Below are positions 27,032 through 35,760 of a stretch of DNA of 48,302 bases, piece by piece (position 1 is the stretch's first letter; the number at the start of each line of letters is the position of its first letter). A program made the translations under genes and the position numbers. Origin of the DNA: Escherichia phage vB_EcoD_Opt-719. The stretch lies in sequence record OL539451.1; one strand, 5' to 3'. Below the pieces are notes generated by a model that made no database searches, was not told the DNA's origin, and saw only the letters and a list, made by a program, of their open reading frames with translations.

Positions 27032-27457
27032 ATGCATACTTTAACAGGCGTAATTCGCAAAGCTCCTTACACCAAAGATGGTCAGAATGCTAAAGGCAAA
27101 TGGAAGATGTACGCTATCGAGATGAGCGAATCCTACAAGACTAAAGACGGAGAGCGTAAATATACTAACTATCGAATAACGATGTTTGCTAGTGAGGCGC
27201 AGATTGGCTGGTATGATGAGGCATTTCAGGAAGGAAAAGTTATCTCTGTGAGTGGTGATTCATTGGTGGTTAATGAGCGTGAGCATAATGGTAAGGTCTA
27301 CATCACTCTGGAGTTTCAGAATCCTCGATTAATGTTTAGCCAGCGAGGTGGGGAATCGGAACCACAGCAACAACAACAACGCCAGCAGCCTCAGCCTCAG
27401 CAGCAGCGACAGCAGCCACAGCAGCAAAGCCAGTTCGATGACGATATTCCGTTCTGA
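27032..27457 (+). CDS. ssb: single-stranded DNA-binding protein
   Basis: 141 aa; Gln/Pro-rich linker and C-terminal DDDIPF tip identical to the canonical bacterial SSB tail. Confidence 0.8.
   Translation: MHTLTGVIRKAPYTKDGQNAKGKWKMYAIEMSESYKTKDGERKYTNYRITMFASEAQIGWYDEAFQEGKVISVSGDSLVVNEREHNGKVYITLEFQNPRLMFSQRGGESEPQQQQQRQQPQPQQQRQQPQQQSQFDDDIPF
27364..27432 (+). repeat. CAG/CAA/CAGC low-complexity tract (poly-Gln linker of SSB)
   Basis: encodes QQQQQRQQPQPQQQRQQPQQQSQ; imperfect trinucleotide repeats. Confidence 0.6.
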
Positions 27458-27467
27458 TGTAAAATAT

Positions 27468-27491
27468 AAAGCCCCTTTCGGGGCTTTTTTT
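27468..27491. terminator. bidirectional rho-independent terminator
   Basis: hairpin GCCCC-TTTC-GGGGC flanked by A-run and T-run; between convergent ssb and tail fibre genes. Confidence 0.75.
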
Positions 27492-30102
27492 ATATTGCTC
27501 TAACCTGCCACCTTTTATCATAAAAGTGAGCAAATCCACTATATGTTAATTTAAGGTGGCAAAGGAATGTGCTTACCGATGCAGTTGGTGTTAAAATCCT
27601 CAGGAATGTCTGACCACCAGTCACGTACTTAGTAATAGAAACCCCATCAAGAGAAGTGCTTTTTGAGCCAGTCGACTTAGCTATCTTGTTATACCAAGGT
27701 ATTCCTGATGAGACATTGGCCTTAGTGCTTCCAGATAAGCTAAATTGAATAATACCTCCTGATTCCTGACCGCCTAATCCATTCTTATTAATTGGTATAA
27801 GGCTCAACTCTCCAGCAATAAATGTTGACCCATACCTGGACTCCTCACCAACTGTAGTAAGAAGGATATCAAGCGCCCTGTTATAAGGCAGCAATAAAGT
27901 AGCATCCTCAGTTCTGACCTGATTGAAGTCCATTCCACTAGTAACATGAACAGCAGATAACGTAGTTCCGTTATATGAGTTCCTTGCTTCAACTGGTGAC
28001 TCGCCATATGTCACGTTGCCAACTTTAGTGCTCCTCAACGTGCTCTTTGAGAATGAACCAGTGTATTGACTGTTAATAATCCTGAAGTCATCACCAAAAT
28101 GAACAGAGTTACCTTCTGCAGTTGGGTTTGAAATGGTGTTTTCCATAATCATCAAGGCGTAATCAGACTTGAAATAACCATCGCTAAAACGTATCGATCC
28201 AACTGGCATTCTACTTTCATTAGCTGGCAATTTTATCATCCTAAGGACTCCAGTGTTCATGCTTGATTGAATCCAGCAAGAAAACCCCTTTACATCAAAT
28301 CCAAACTGATCGTCATCACCACCATAGTCGGAGAAATCAAATACAGTATCTCCATTAACACCCTCAACCCCAGCACCTACGATATTAACAGACCTTAACT
28401 GGCCACCAATCTTGTGTGGAGTTAAGCAACCATCAGCAGCTATGTTTGTCGCAGTGACATACATAACAGGAAAACCACCAGCTACAGGCTCCAGGGTTGT
28501 TGTGTTAATGCCGTAACCCCAAAGAAAGCCAACATCACAGTGGTGTGCCCATACAGAATCAAGGGCGGTACTTGTATTACCTGAAAGTCCAATGCCGTAT
28601 GTGCAATCGTACATGTATACATTTGAAATTTTAGAAACAAATGTCAGTGTTGATAATGCATACTTGTAATGATAAAACTCAACGTTATCTATTGTGTACT
28701 GCTTGCCGCCACCACCTTGACCTGAGTCATTTCCGCTAATTAGAGGTGAGCCGTTATAATCAGCATCTGCGTTCCTGAAGCCAATGTTTTTAACAAACAT
28801 ATTGTGACCCCAAGGCGAAACAATGAAGCCACCATTGCCAGATGTGTAAATCAAACACCTCCTAGGAGTTGCTGTACCTTCAATCCTAATTGTCTGTCCT
28901 GAGAACCTCTCACCAGATACGTTGACCCTTGTTGTGCCAATGTAGATAGGCCTATCAATGAGAATCTTCTTGTTTAATTTGATTGATGCTGTGTAGCACT
29001 TCTGCATAGCAACGCCATCGTTAGACACGCCAGTCAAATCAGCGGCGCCCATGCTTGGTGCTTTTGGATATGGCGTACCTTGGATTGTATTTCCATCAAT
29101 ATATGGCGCGTTCATCAGAGCACCAAACATCATTGGTGACAAGCCTTCAATCAATGAAAGATCTCGCTTCCATCTGTGGTTTCCGGTAGTGACAATAACA
29201 ACACCATCATCATCTGTGCTGGTTGAATCATTGGCATCGTAATAGAACCAGCCACCGCCAAGCATGCTAGTCCCTGAGTGACTAGATACATAAACCCGCT
29301 CACCGTCACGAAGTGGCACCAAGCCCCTCAAAATAGATAAGTTATCAACATTACGATCAGCAAATGACAAAGGCACCCATCCAGAAGATGAAACCCCTCC
29401 AGTTGACTCAGGGGTTGAGTTAGCCGGGACGGTTTTAGGAAGCGCGCCCGCCCAAATGTAAGGGACAGCAATACCAGATGAAATGTCAATTACCTGTTGA
29501 GTTGCTGATTGAATAGTTACGCCAGACTGAAATGAGCCAATGAGAGCACCAGAAACTGACTGAGCTGCTGACTCAGCACTTTGAGCAGAGGATGCTGCGT
29601 TAGATGCACTTAAACCCGCTGCATCCCTCGCCGCCTCAGCTTGAGATAATGAGGACTGAACATCTGCCTTATCTGCCGATACTTGCAAGGCATCACTGGC
29701 AACCTGCTGAGACTGGTTGTTTACGTTTGTGACATTTTGCTGGAATGCATCAGCATCAAACTGATTAAAAGCATCAACAGCTGCTGCGACTTCAGTCTCA
29801 TTTGACTGATAGTAACGCAAGGTTTCAGCAACATCCTGAGCAAGTCCCTGAACAGTAATCCCGTCGTGAGCAAGAATTGAGTACTGAGTACCAGTCGGAG
29901 CGGTAAATCCCTTGTCGTTAAAAACTCGAATTTCGGTATCACTGATTATTTCAGCAATGGTAACAATACTTGCTGGCGTGGTATTGAAAATCATTGTTGC
30001 GCCAACTCGAATTAGAGTTAACGGCTGCCTCCAGGTAGTACCAACACCAGTTACAGTTCCGTCAGCTGCAAGCGATGCTGTTCCCGCGTCATAAATTGCC
30101 AT
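27490..30102 (-). CDS. tail fibre/tailspike-like protein
   Basis: 870 aa; N-terminus MAIYDAGTASLAADGTVTGVGTTW typical of fibre anchors; Ser/Ala/Gln-rich stalk then large Gly/Asn/Thr-rich beta-rich C-domain; AGAGGAG RBS. Confidence 0.6.
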   Translation of the reverse strand: MAIYDAGTASLAADGTVTGVGTTWRQPLTLIRVGATMIFNTTPASIVTIAEIISDTEIRVFNDKGFTAPTGTQYSILAHDGITVQGLAQDVAETLRYYQSNETEVAAAVDAFNQFDADAFQQNVTNVNNQSQQVASDALQVSADKADVQSSLSQAEAARDAAGLSASNAASSAQSAESAAQSVSGALIGSFQSGVTIQSATQQVIDISSGIAVPYIWAGALPKTVPANSTPESTGGVSSSGWVPLSFADRNVDNLSILRGLVPLRDGERVYVSSHSGTSMLGGGWFYYDANDSTSTDDDGVVIVTTGNHRWKRDLSLIEGLSPMMFGALMNAPYIDGNTIQGTPYPKAPSMGAADLTGVSNDGVAMQKCYTASIKLNKKILIDRPIYIGTTRVNVSGERFSGQTIRIEGTATPRRCLIYTSGNGGFIVSPWGHNMFVKNIGFRNADADYNGSPLISGNDSGQGGGGKQYTIDNVEFYHYKYALSTLTFVSKISNVYMYDCTYGIGLSGNTSTALDSVWAHHCDVGFLWGYGINTTTLEPVAGGFPVMYVTATNIAADGCLTPHKIGGQLRSVNIVGAGVEGVNGDTVFDFSDYGGDDDQFGFDVKGFSCWIQSSMNTGVLRMIKLPANESRMPVGSIRFSDGYFKSDYALMIMENTISNPTAEGNSVHFGDDFRIINSQYTGSFSKSTLRSTKVGNVTYGESPVEARNSYNGTTLSAVHVTSGMDFNQVRTEDATLLLPYNRALDILLTTVGEESRYGSTFIAGELSLIPINKNGLGGQESGGIIQFSLSGSTKANVSSGIPWYNKIAKSTGSKSTSLDGVSITKYVTGGQTFLRILTPTASVSTFLCHLKLTYSGFAHFYDKRWQVRAI

Positions 30103-30153
30103 TTTATTTCTCCTCTTTGATAGATGAAACCTATTGTATCAGATTAGTTGTAA

Positions 30154-30175
30154 TAAAAAACCCTCCGAAGAGGGT
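30154..30175 (-). terminator. rho-independent terminator (minus strand)
   Basis: hairpin CCCTC-CGAA-GAGGG with A-run on plus strand (T-run on minus) just downstream of primase-like gene end. Confidence 0.6.
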
Positions 30176-30180
30176 AATTG

Positions 30181-31128
30181 TTATGAATGCTTATCTATCA
30201 GATCTTGCGGGTTATATAACTTTCGCTCAAGTCCCATTTTGAAGTTCCCACCGTTTGGAACTACAACTTTTAGGCCTCTATCATCAGCAACGTAAAGTGA
30301 TTCATTGTCATCAGGGAGGCAGGCTACCCGTAATTCGCGTTCACCTCCGAGATAACGATACGCCACTATTTCAAGATTTTCTGGCGTGAAAGTAACCCAA
30401 ACCTCCTGATTGGTTGCCACCTTAACACGATAACCATCAATCAGATCGCTTGTCATATATATAGCAGCATCAGGCTGGCCGCTTCCTAGCTTAACAACAG
30501 AGCCACGCGAATAATCACGCGCCAGAAATGTGTACTCACCATTATCATAAGCAAACATGACGTTACACATTTCATCATCAATACCGTCAGCGTGAACCAT
30601 GTGGCATGGCAATGCATGTATTAGCTCTTCAGAGCCATCATGGCGCAATTTAACACCAACGTCATAAGAATCTTCAGTTAGGCACTCATACACGCTTAAA
30701 TCGGTGTTCTCGCGCTTTTCCGTACGCTCCATTACTGCTACACACGATTCATGATCAGCCATCTTACCTAATCCTTTTTCAGGTACGCGTGACGCCCTGC
30801 GATAAGCCCTTGCCTTGTAATCCTGCGGAACTTTACCAAGGAATCGACCGAGAATGTTAATAACCTCACTATAAGGTTCTCCAGTCAACTTCATCATCCA
30901 GCCAACACCAGAGTCGTTACCGCATTGGTTACAGATGGCGCCACCGTCACCAGGGGAGTTAATATTGTCAGTCCAGCGGAAGCGGTCTTTTCCCGAGCAG
31001 TGAGGGCATGGGCCGTGCTTTTTGCTAAAGTATGAATCATTAAGCCCGCATATAGATTGCAGCGCCTCCCTCCAGAGGCCTTTCATGTACGGAAGAACCT
31101 CTTCTTTCTGGTAACTTATCTCGCTCAC
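30181..31128 (-). CDS. putative DNA primase (zinc-ribbon type)
   Basis: N-terminal CPHCSGKDRFRW...CNQCGN zinc-ribbon; acidic DxD-containing C-terminal half; next to helicase gene; GTG start. Confidence 0.4.
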   Translation of the reverse strand: MSEISYQKEEVLPYMKGLWREALQSICGLNDSYFSKKHGPCPHCSGKDRFRWTDNINSPGDGGAICNQCGNDSGVGWMMKLTGEPYSEVINILGRFLGKVPQDYKARAYRRASRVPEKGLGKMADHESCVAVMERTEKRENTDLSVYECLTEDSYDVGVKLRHDGSEELIHALPCHMVHADGIDDEMCNVMFAYDNGEYTFLARDYSRGSVVKLGSGQPDAAIYMTSDLIDGYRVKVATNQEVWVTFTPENLEIVAYRYLGGERELRVACLPDDNESLYVADDRGLKVVVPNGGNFKMGLERKLYNPQDLIDKHS

Positions 31129-31143
31129 TGTATTTACTCCAAT

Positions 31144-31180
31144 AAAAAAGGTTGCACCGATTATGGCACAACCTTAATTT
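31144..31180. terminator. bidirectional terminator hairpin
   Basis: 7-bp stem AAGGTTG/CAACCTT with A-run and T-run flanks between primase-like start and HTH gene end. Confidence 0.5.
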
Positions 31181-31663
31181 TTACTCTTTAGCTTTTCGTG
31201 CTGCTTCATTAGCTGCTTTAATTTTACGCCAAGAGCGACACTCTGGTTTGGTAGCTAACTCAGCATCAGTAACCACGCGCAGCATGTGACGCTTCTTGCA
31301 GCGCAGAGTAAGTGGCTTGCCGTTACCATCAAATTGAAGGTCTGGACGGCAGAATGTAGCGCGGAACCCTTCGCCAGTTCGCTTGTATCGATTGTGAGCA
31401 AGCTGGGCGCCACGTGCCGACATCATGCCGCGATTAAACCACTCCTCAACAGCCTGTCGAGTAACCTTTAATTGCTTCGCCATATTAGCCTTGCTGCCGT
31501 AGAAGTCTAAAACAATCTCAAGCCTCGCCCTTAAACCCGCTCTTACTTCATCCTTTAACACATAGTAACCTGACGGTCGTTTGCGAGGTTTTTTGTCTTC
31601 TGTTCGTATTGTTCCGTTATTACCGTTAAGGGTACGCTTATCAATTTCACACACTTTTATCAC
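31181..31663 (-). CDS. putative HTH DNA-binding protein
   Basis: 160 aa; helix-turn-helix-like segment SKANMAKQLKVTRQAVEEWFNRG; basic N- and C-termini; divergent from helicase gene. Confidence 0.4.
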   Translation of the reverse strand: MIKVCEIDKRTLNGNNGTIRTEDKKPRKRPSGYYVLKDEVRAGLRARLEIVLDFYGSKANMAKQLKVTRQAVEEWFNRGMMSARGAQLAHNRYKRTGEGFRATFCRPDLQFDGNGKPLTLRCKKRHMLRVVTDAELATKPECRSWRKIKAANEAARKAKE

Positions 31664-31665
31664 CT

Positions 31666-31685
31666 CGATAGCACTTTTTGTTAAA
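31666..31685 (+). promoter_or_regulatory. promoter-cassette motif copy
   Basis: CGATAGCACTTTTTGTTAAA then GATGGCTGTTATTATAAC and GTCAATCGAACGAAC leader before helicase ATG. Confidence 0.5.
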
Positions 31686-31747
31686 CATTGTCTTTGATGG
31701 CTGTTATTATAACGTCAATCGAACGAACATGAAAGGCATTTGAGAAC

Positions 31748-33691
31748 ATGACTATGCGATTGAAATCAATACAAAAACAAATTGAAGAACTAGGCAAAGA
31801 TAAGATTAAAGAGATTCAGGAAAAATTCACATCATCAAATGGCATGGTTCCTTACAGCTATCAGTGCGTGATGTATGACGAGATCGCCAAGCGCATTGGT
31901 AAATATAAATACCCATTCATCGCTATGGCTTCAGTATCCGCTGGTAAGACTCTGGTTTTCGCCATGGTCGCAAAGCGTTGCTCTGAACTTGGTTTGCCGA
32001 TGCTTTTACTTGCGAGACAGGCTGAGCTTGTTAGCCAGAGCGCCTCTGAAATTTCAGACTACGGCGTTCCTAACTCTGTCTATTGTTCAGGCCTTGGCAT
32101 TAAGTCCTCTTATTTCCCTGTAATTGTTGGCTCTGAAGGTACAGTTGTTGGTGGCCTTGATAAGGCGCTTGGTGACTTCTGCCCCGCAGTAGTCGCAATA
32201 GATGAATGTCACATGGTAGATGACCAGGATATCGCTGAAGCAATAGACAACAATGAGACATCTCAGCAAGCGAGAGATAAAGGACGAAGCCAGTACACAA
32301 TAATTATCCTTACATTGATGGAGAGATGCCGCGCTAAGTATGGTCGTGAATTGAGAATATTTGGCCTGACTGGTTCTCCTTTCCGCGGGACCGCGCCAAT
32401 TGTTGTAGAGAACCTTAAGGAACTTGGATTCTGGCGTGAAGCAGCGACTAACATTGATACCAACTATCTGGTTGAGTTTGGCTCTGTTGTTCCTACAAAT
32501 TTCGGGTCTACTGATGGTGTTGGCTATGACCTATCTGAGTTTGATACCTCAGCTGATGATGGTGTTCAGGACTTCACTAAATCCCAGCTAGAAGCAATGG
32601 AGAAGAAGATTCAGCAGTCGGGCACAATGACAGCTGAGATTATGAAGAAGGTGTGGTTGGCAGCTAAAGAACGAAACGGTGTTCTCGTGACGTGCGCTGG
32701 TGAGCGCCATTGCAAGGAGGCTGCAAGCTATCTTCCTGAAGGTGAAACTTACTGCATAATTACTGGAAAAACTGGTGAGAAGCAGCGTAAGGAACTACTG
32801 GATAAGTGCTTCACTGGAGAGATTAAATATTGCTTCCAGGTTCAGGCGCTTACTACTGGGGTTAACGTTCCAACATGGGATACTAGCGTAATTCTTCGCA
32901 AGATTGGCAGCCTAACTCTTCTAGTCCAACTTCTAGGTCGTGGAATGCGCAAACTGAAGAAGCTACATGAAGACAAGGGAATGGTTAAGAATGACCATTT
33001 AGTTTTAGATTTCGCTGGAACTATGGACTCGATGGCTTCACTGTACTTCAATCCCATTCTTGAGCAAGCTCAGTATCAGCTACGGAAGAGTAACGGCAAG
33101 GAGACTAAGCAGTGTCCAGTTTGCGGAACTGAGAACAGCTTCTTTGCTCGCCGCTGTATGCATGTTGACGAAAGCAATAATCGATGTGAATACTTCTGGG
33201 TTAGTCGCACATGCGAAGACCAGAAAGACCCTCGCACTGGTAAAGTTATAGTTAAAGGATGCGGGGTTCAGAATGACGTTGCAGCTAAGATTTGCAGGGG
33301 CTGTGATTGCACATTACTTGACCCGAACCTAAAGTTAAGCGGGAAACATTACAGAAAAAACGATTGGTTTGACGTTGTTGATTTTAAGGTTGGACTAACA
33401 AAGAACCAATCAGGAATCATCTATAACTATGTGCTTGATGATGGCATGGGCGGAACCTTCAAGGCTTATGAGGTTTTCTTCGTAGAGTCTGACCATAGAG
33501 TATGTAAAACTCTCTGGCTGAATAATGGAATTAAAGGTCACGTAGTTGATATGAATGCCAAGCGATATATGGCTGCATATCGAAATGCTCGCAAGATTAT
33601 GGAGTACGCGCAGTACATTCAGGCCCCGAAGCGAGTAACACACCGCAAGACCGCTAAAGGCGGAGATAACATGGCAAATAAGGAGTTCTGA
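31748..33691 (+). CDS. SF2 DNA helicase (DEAH-like) with C-terminal zinc ribbon
   Basis: Walker A SVSAGKTLV, DECH box, C-terminal CPVCGTEN...C...C...C cysteine cluster. Confidence 0.7.
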   Translation: MTMRLKSIQKQIEELGKDKIKEIQEKFTSSNGMVPYSYQCVMYDEIAKRIGKYKYPFIAMASVSAGKTLVFAMVAKRCSELGLPMLLLARQAELVSQSASEISDYGVPNSVYCSGLGIKSSYFPVIVGSEGTVVGGLDKALGDFCPAVVAIDECHMVDDQDIAEAIDNNETSQQARDKGRSQYTIIILTLMERCRAKYGRELRIFGLTGSPFRGTAPIVVENLKELGFWREAATNIDTNYLVEFGSVVPTNFGSTDGVGYDLSEFDTSADDGVQDFTKSQLEAMEKKIQQSGTMTAEIMKKVWLAAKERNGVLVTCAGERHCKEAASYLPEGETYCIITGKTGEKQRKELLDKCFTGEIKYCFQVQALTTGVNVPTWDTSVILRKIGSLTLLVQLLGRGMRKLKKLHEDKGMVKNDHLVLDFAGTMDSMASLYFNPILEQAQYQLRKSNGKETKQCPVCGTENSFFARRCMHVDESNNRCEYFWVSRTCEDQKDPRTGKVIVKGCGVQNDVAAKICRGCDCTLLDPNLKLSGKHYRKNDWFDVVDFKVGLTKNQSGIIYNYVLDDGMGGTFKAYEVFFVESDHRVCKTLWLNNGIKGHVVDMNAKRYMAAYRNARKIMEYAQYIQAPKRVTHRKTAKGGDNMANKEF

Positions 33692-34080
33692 TGATTAAGG
33701 TATTTTACGATAAGACAAGCACGGACAAGGCCAAAGAGTTTGTACACCAGGTTAACTGTATCGCATGGGTTCGCCATAACCACCCTGAGATATTTGCATG
33801 GCACGTGAAGAATGAAGGCTTAAAGTCAATCGGCACTGCAGTGAAGGATAAGCAGGAGGGCGTAATCAAGGGAGTGTCGGATATATTACTGATCGGGCCA
33901 AAAGGATTTGGAGCAATAGAACTTAAGCGAGCAATAAAATCAGATAGCAAAGTTTCGAAGGAGCAAAAGGAGTTTCTTGAAAAGGTATCAGAAACAGGCG
34001 GTTACGCAGCAATCTGCTACGGATTCGAAATGTTTAAACTGGCAATTGAGGATTATCTATCAAATAGCACGAATTGCTAA
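33691..34080 (+). CDS. putative VRR-NUC-like nuclease
   Basis: 129 aa; PD-(D/E)XK-like core GVSDILLIGPKGFGAIELKR; ATG overlaps helicase stop (ATGA). Confidence 0.45.
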   Translation: MIKVFYDKTSTDKAKEFVHQVNCIAWVRHNHPEIFAWHVKNEGLKSIGTAVKDKQEGVIKGVSDILLIGPKGFGAIELKRAIKSDSKVSKEQKEFLEKVSETGGYAAICYGFEMFKLAIEDYLSNSTNC

Positions 34081-34081
34081 A
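34063..34081 (+). promoter_or_regulatory. promoter-cassette motif copy
   Basis: AAATAGCACGAATTGCTAAA; supplies TAA stop (C-terminal NSTNC) of upstream gene; GGATGG, TGTATTAT and CATCGAAACGAAA downstream. Confidence 0.5.
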
Positions 34082-34146
34082 GACGAAAACCAAGGATGGT
34101 GTATTATCACTTCATCGAAACGAAACGCACAAATGAGGCAAACAAA

Positions 34147-34470
34147 ATGAAAAAGTTAATTATCGCAACTATCCTGATGGCGGCAGCAAGTGTTAATGCA
34201 GACGCGAAAGCTAACAACTGTCATGACATCGTTCAGTACGCTTACAACCTTGCAGTTAACGAATGGGGCGCTAACAAAACTGATGTGGTTAATGCTAAAA
34301 CTGTCAGTCTCTACCTGGATACATGTGAAATTGCTATCAAATCACGAGGCACTTACACTAAAGATGAACTTACAGCTAAGTATGATTCAGTAAAAACAAG
34401 CACTAAATCAGAGATGGATGTTCAGGATATTGTAATCCTTGTATCTAGAATCTCTTACGATAAGGCATAA
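34147..34470 (+). CDS. secreted/periplasmic protein (107 aa), hypothetical
   Basis: Sec-type signal peptide MKKLIIATILMAAASVNA with AxA cleavage site; start ATG 34147 (track TTG 34096). Confidence 0.5.
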   Translation: MKKLIIATILMAAASVNADAKANNCHDIVQYAYNLAVNEWGANKTDVVNAKTVSLYLDTCEIAIKSRGTYTKDELTAKYDSVKTSTKSEMDVQDIVILVSRISYDKA

Positions 34471-34474
34471 TTTT

Positions 34475-34702
34475 ATGAAACTTTCTTTAGAAACAAAGTG
34501 GGAACTGTTCCAGGGATTAGCAGCAAAGAAGCTGGTTGATAACGGATTTAATCAAGATCCTTTTGAAATGGCTAGCAGTCTAGATATGAGCTTTGAAGAA
34601 GATTACTTGCACGCTGATTTAGAGGATTGGGAAGATATGATGCAAGGTAACATTGAAGAGTTTAAAGAGGATGTGCCTGAACTTTTTGCGGAGATTCACT
34701 AA
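34475..34702 (+). CDS. hypothetical acidic protein (75 aa)
   Basis: start ATG 34475 (track TTG 34439); Asp/Glu-rich C-terminal half. Confidence 0.4.
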   Translation: MKLSLETKWELFQGLAAKKLVDNGFNQDPFEMASSLDMSFEEDYLHADLEDWEDMMQGNIEEFKEDVPELFAEIH

Positions 34703-35004
34703 TGAGTGAGGAACTTAAAGTATTCTATAAAGCCTATGCCGCTTGGCTTGACGCTGGCGCTGTTAACAAGGGTGCATTCTGGCGTGACTGTGGTTTGTGT
34801 ACGTGTATCGTGTCTTGGACGAACGACGATGAAGGTTATGAGTTACTGAATGAAATGAAATCGCAGTTTACCGCCGCTGGTCTGAGCGATCGATTCCCGT
34901 TCAACGTTAGCGACGAGGATTACGCCCGGGAGCATCTCAATAGCGCCATGCACCTTAACGAAGACCGCGTAGCCTGGGTACGCAAACATGTGGAGATCCA
35001 CTAA
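34702..35004 (+). CDS. hypothetical protein (100 aa)
   Basis: ATG overlaps upstream TAA (TAATG); contains CGLCTC cysteine cluster. Confidence 0.45.
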   Translation: MSEELKVFYKAYAAWLDAGAVNKGAFWRDCGLCTCIVSWTNDDEGYELLNEMKSQFTAAGLSDRFPFNVSDEDYAREHLNSAMHLNEDRVAWVRKHVEIH

Positions 35005-35141
35005 TGAAGATTGATAGAAAGCAATTCTCAAAAGCTCAAATTAACGCATGGATTGCAACGCAGTTTAATAACTCAGAACATTGGATTAAAGCAATCGAAC
35101 AGCTTAGGTGTGCTTATGATACTAAAAACCGGAAGGGCTGA
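35004..35141 (+). CDS. hypothetical small basic protein (45 aa)
   Basis: ATG overlaps upstream TAA (TAATG); alternative to the TTG-initiated track ORF 35011..35355. Confidence 0.3.
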   Translation: MKIDRKQFSKAQINAWIATQFNNSEHWIKAIEQLRCAYDTKNRKG

Positions 35142-35355
35142 GGTCTGGAAGCACTGCGGAGAGGCTGGACTACAGGATGATATCAAGATAATAAGTAAGT
35201 ACTTTGACATTGATGATATCTCTGTAGTTTATGATGGAAAATTCAGCTATATGAACCAGCGCCCTCGAAAGTATGTAAGAGTTCCGGCAACCCCAAGCCT
35301 TGCGATGTATCGCGAGGAAGGTAAGAAGATATTTAAGAAAGGTGCTAAGAAATGA
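35116..35355 (+). CDS. hypothetical protein (80 aa)
   Basis: ATG 35116 with AGGTG RBS; same frame as track ORF 35011..35355 whose TTG start lacks RBS. Confidence 0.4.
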   Translation: MILKTGRAEVWKHCGEAGLQDDIKIISKYFDIDDISVVYDGKFSYMNQRPRKYVRVPATPSLAMYREEGKKIFKKGAKK

Positions 35356-35609
35356 ATTTACCTGGACTTGATTTTGATGAGAGTAAGTATCCAGTTGTCT
35401 TTTTTGGTGAGAAGCCTTACCGGAAGATCCCTTTTGCTGATTGGATTCCACCAGACTATCTTGATGTGCTGGTTCAGATTGAAGTTGGTAAGGCTGAACT
35501 CATGTATTACTCACCAGGCTGCAACATGATGATGCCTAGTGAATACTCTCCGGCAATAGCCGCGCTTGAAACTGAGTTTCTTGATTACTGGCTAAAAGAA
35601 GTTAAATAG
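35352..35609 (+). CDS. hypothetical protein (85 aa)
   Basis: ATG overlaps upstream stop (ATGA); stop TAG lies inside promoter-cassette motif. Confidence 0.45.
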   Translation: MNLPGLDFDESKYPVVFFGEKPYRKIPFADWIPPDYLDVLVQIEVGKAELMYYSPGCNMMMPSEYSPAIAALETEFLDYWLKEVK

Positions 35610-35623
35610 CACTTTTTGTTAAA
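35604..35623 (+). promoter_or_regulatory. promoter-cassette motif copy
   Basis: AAATAGCACTTTTTGTTAAA; GGATGG, CGTATAGT and CATCGAAACGAGAGAAG leader downstream. Confidence 0.5.
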
Positions 35624-35677
35624 ACGCACCGCCAAGGATGGCGTATAGTGTGTTCATCGAAACGAGAGAAGCTTTAG

Positions 35678-35746
35678 ATGAAAACATTACTACCGTTGAT
35701 GGCTATGCCATTAACCTTTATAATCATGTACTTCATAATCTGCTAA
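35678..35746 (+). CDS. hypothetical leader micro-ORF (22 aa, hydrophobic)
   Basis: occupies the usual first-cistron position of the promoter cassette (GAGAGAAG RBS); MKTLLPLMAMPLTFIIMYFIIC; precedes the HTH-phosphoesterase gene. Confidence 0.3.
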   Translation: MKTLLPLMAMPLTFIIMYFIIC

Positions 35747-35760
35747 CAGGAAATTAAATA

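Noticed and set aside
28000-32463. Plus- or minus-strand ORFs embedded antisense in the tail fibre, primase-like, HTH and helicase genes (e.g. 29051..29242, 31286..31471, 32087..32463)
   Set aside because: Antisense or out-of-frame overlaps with longer, better-supported genes.
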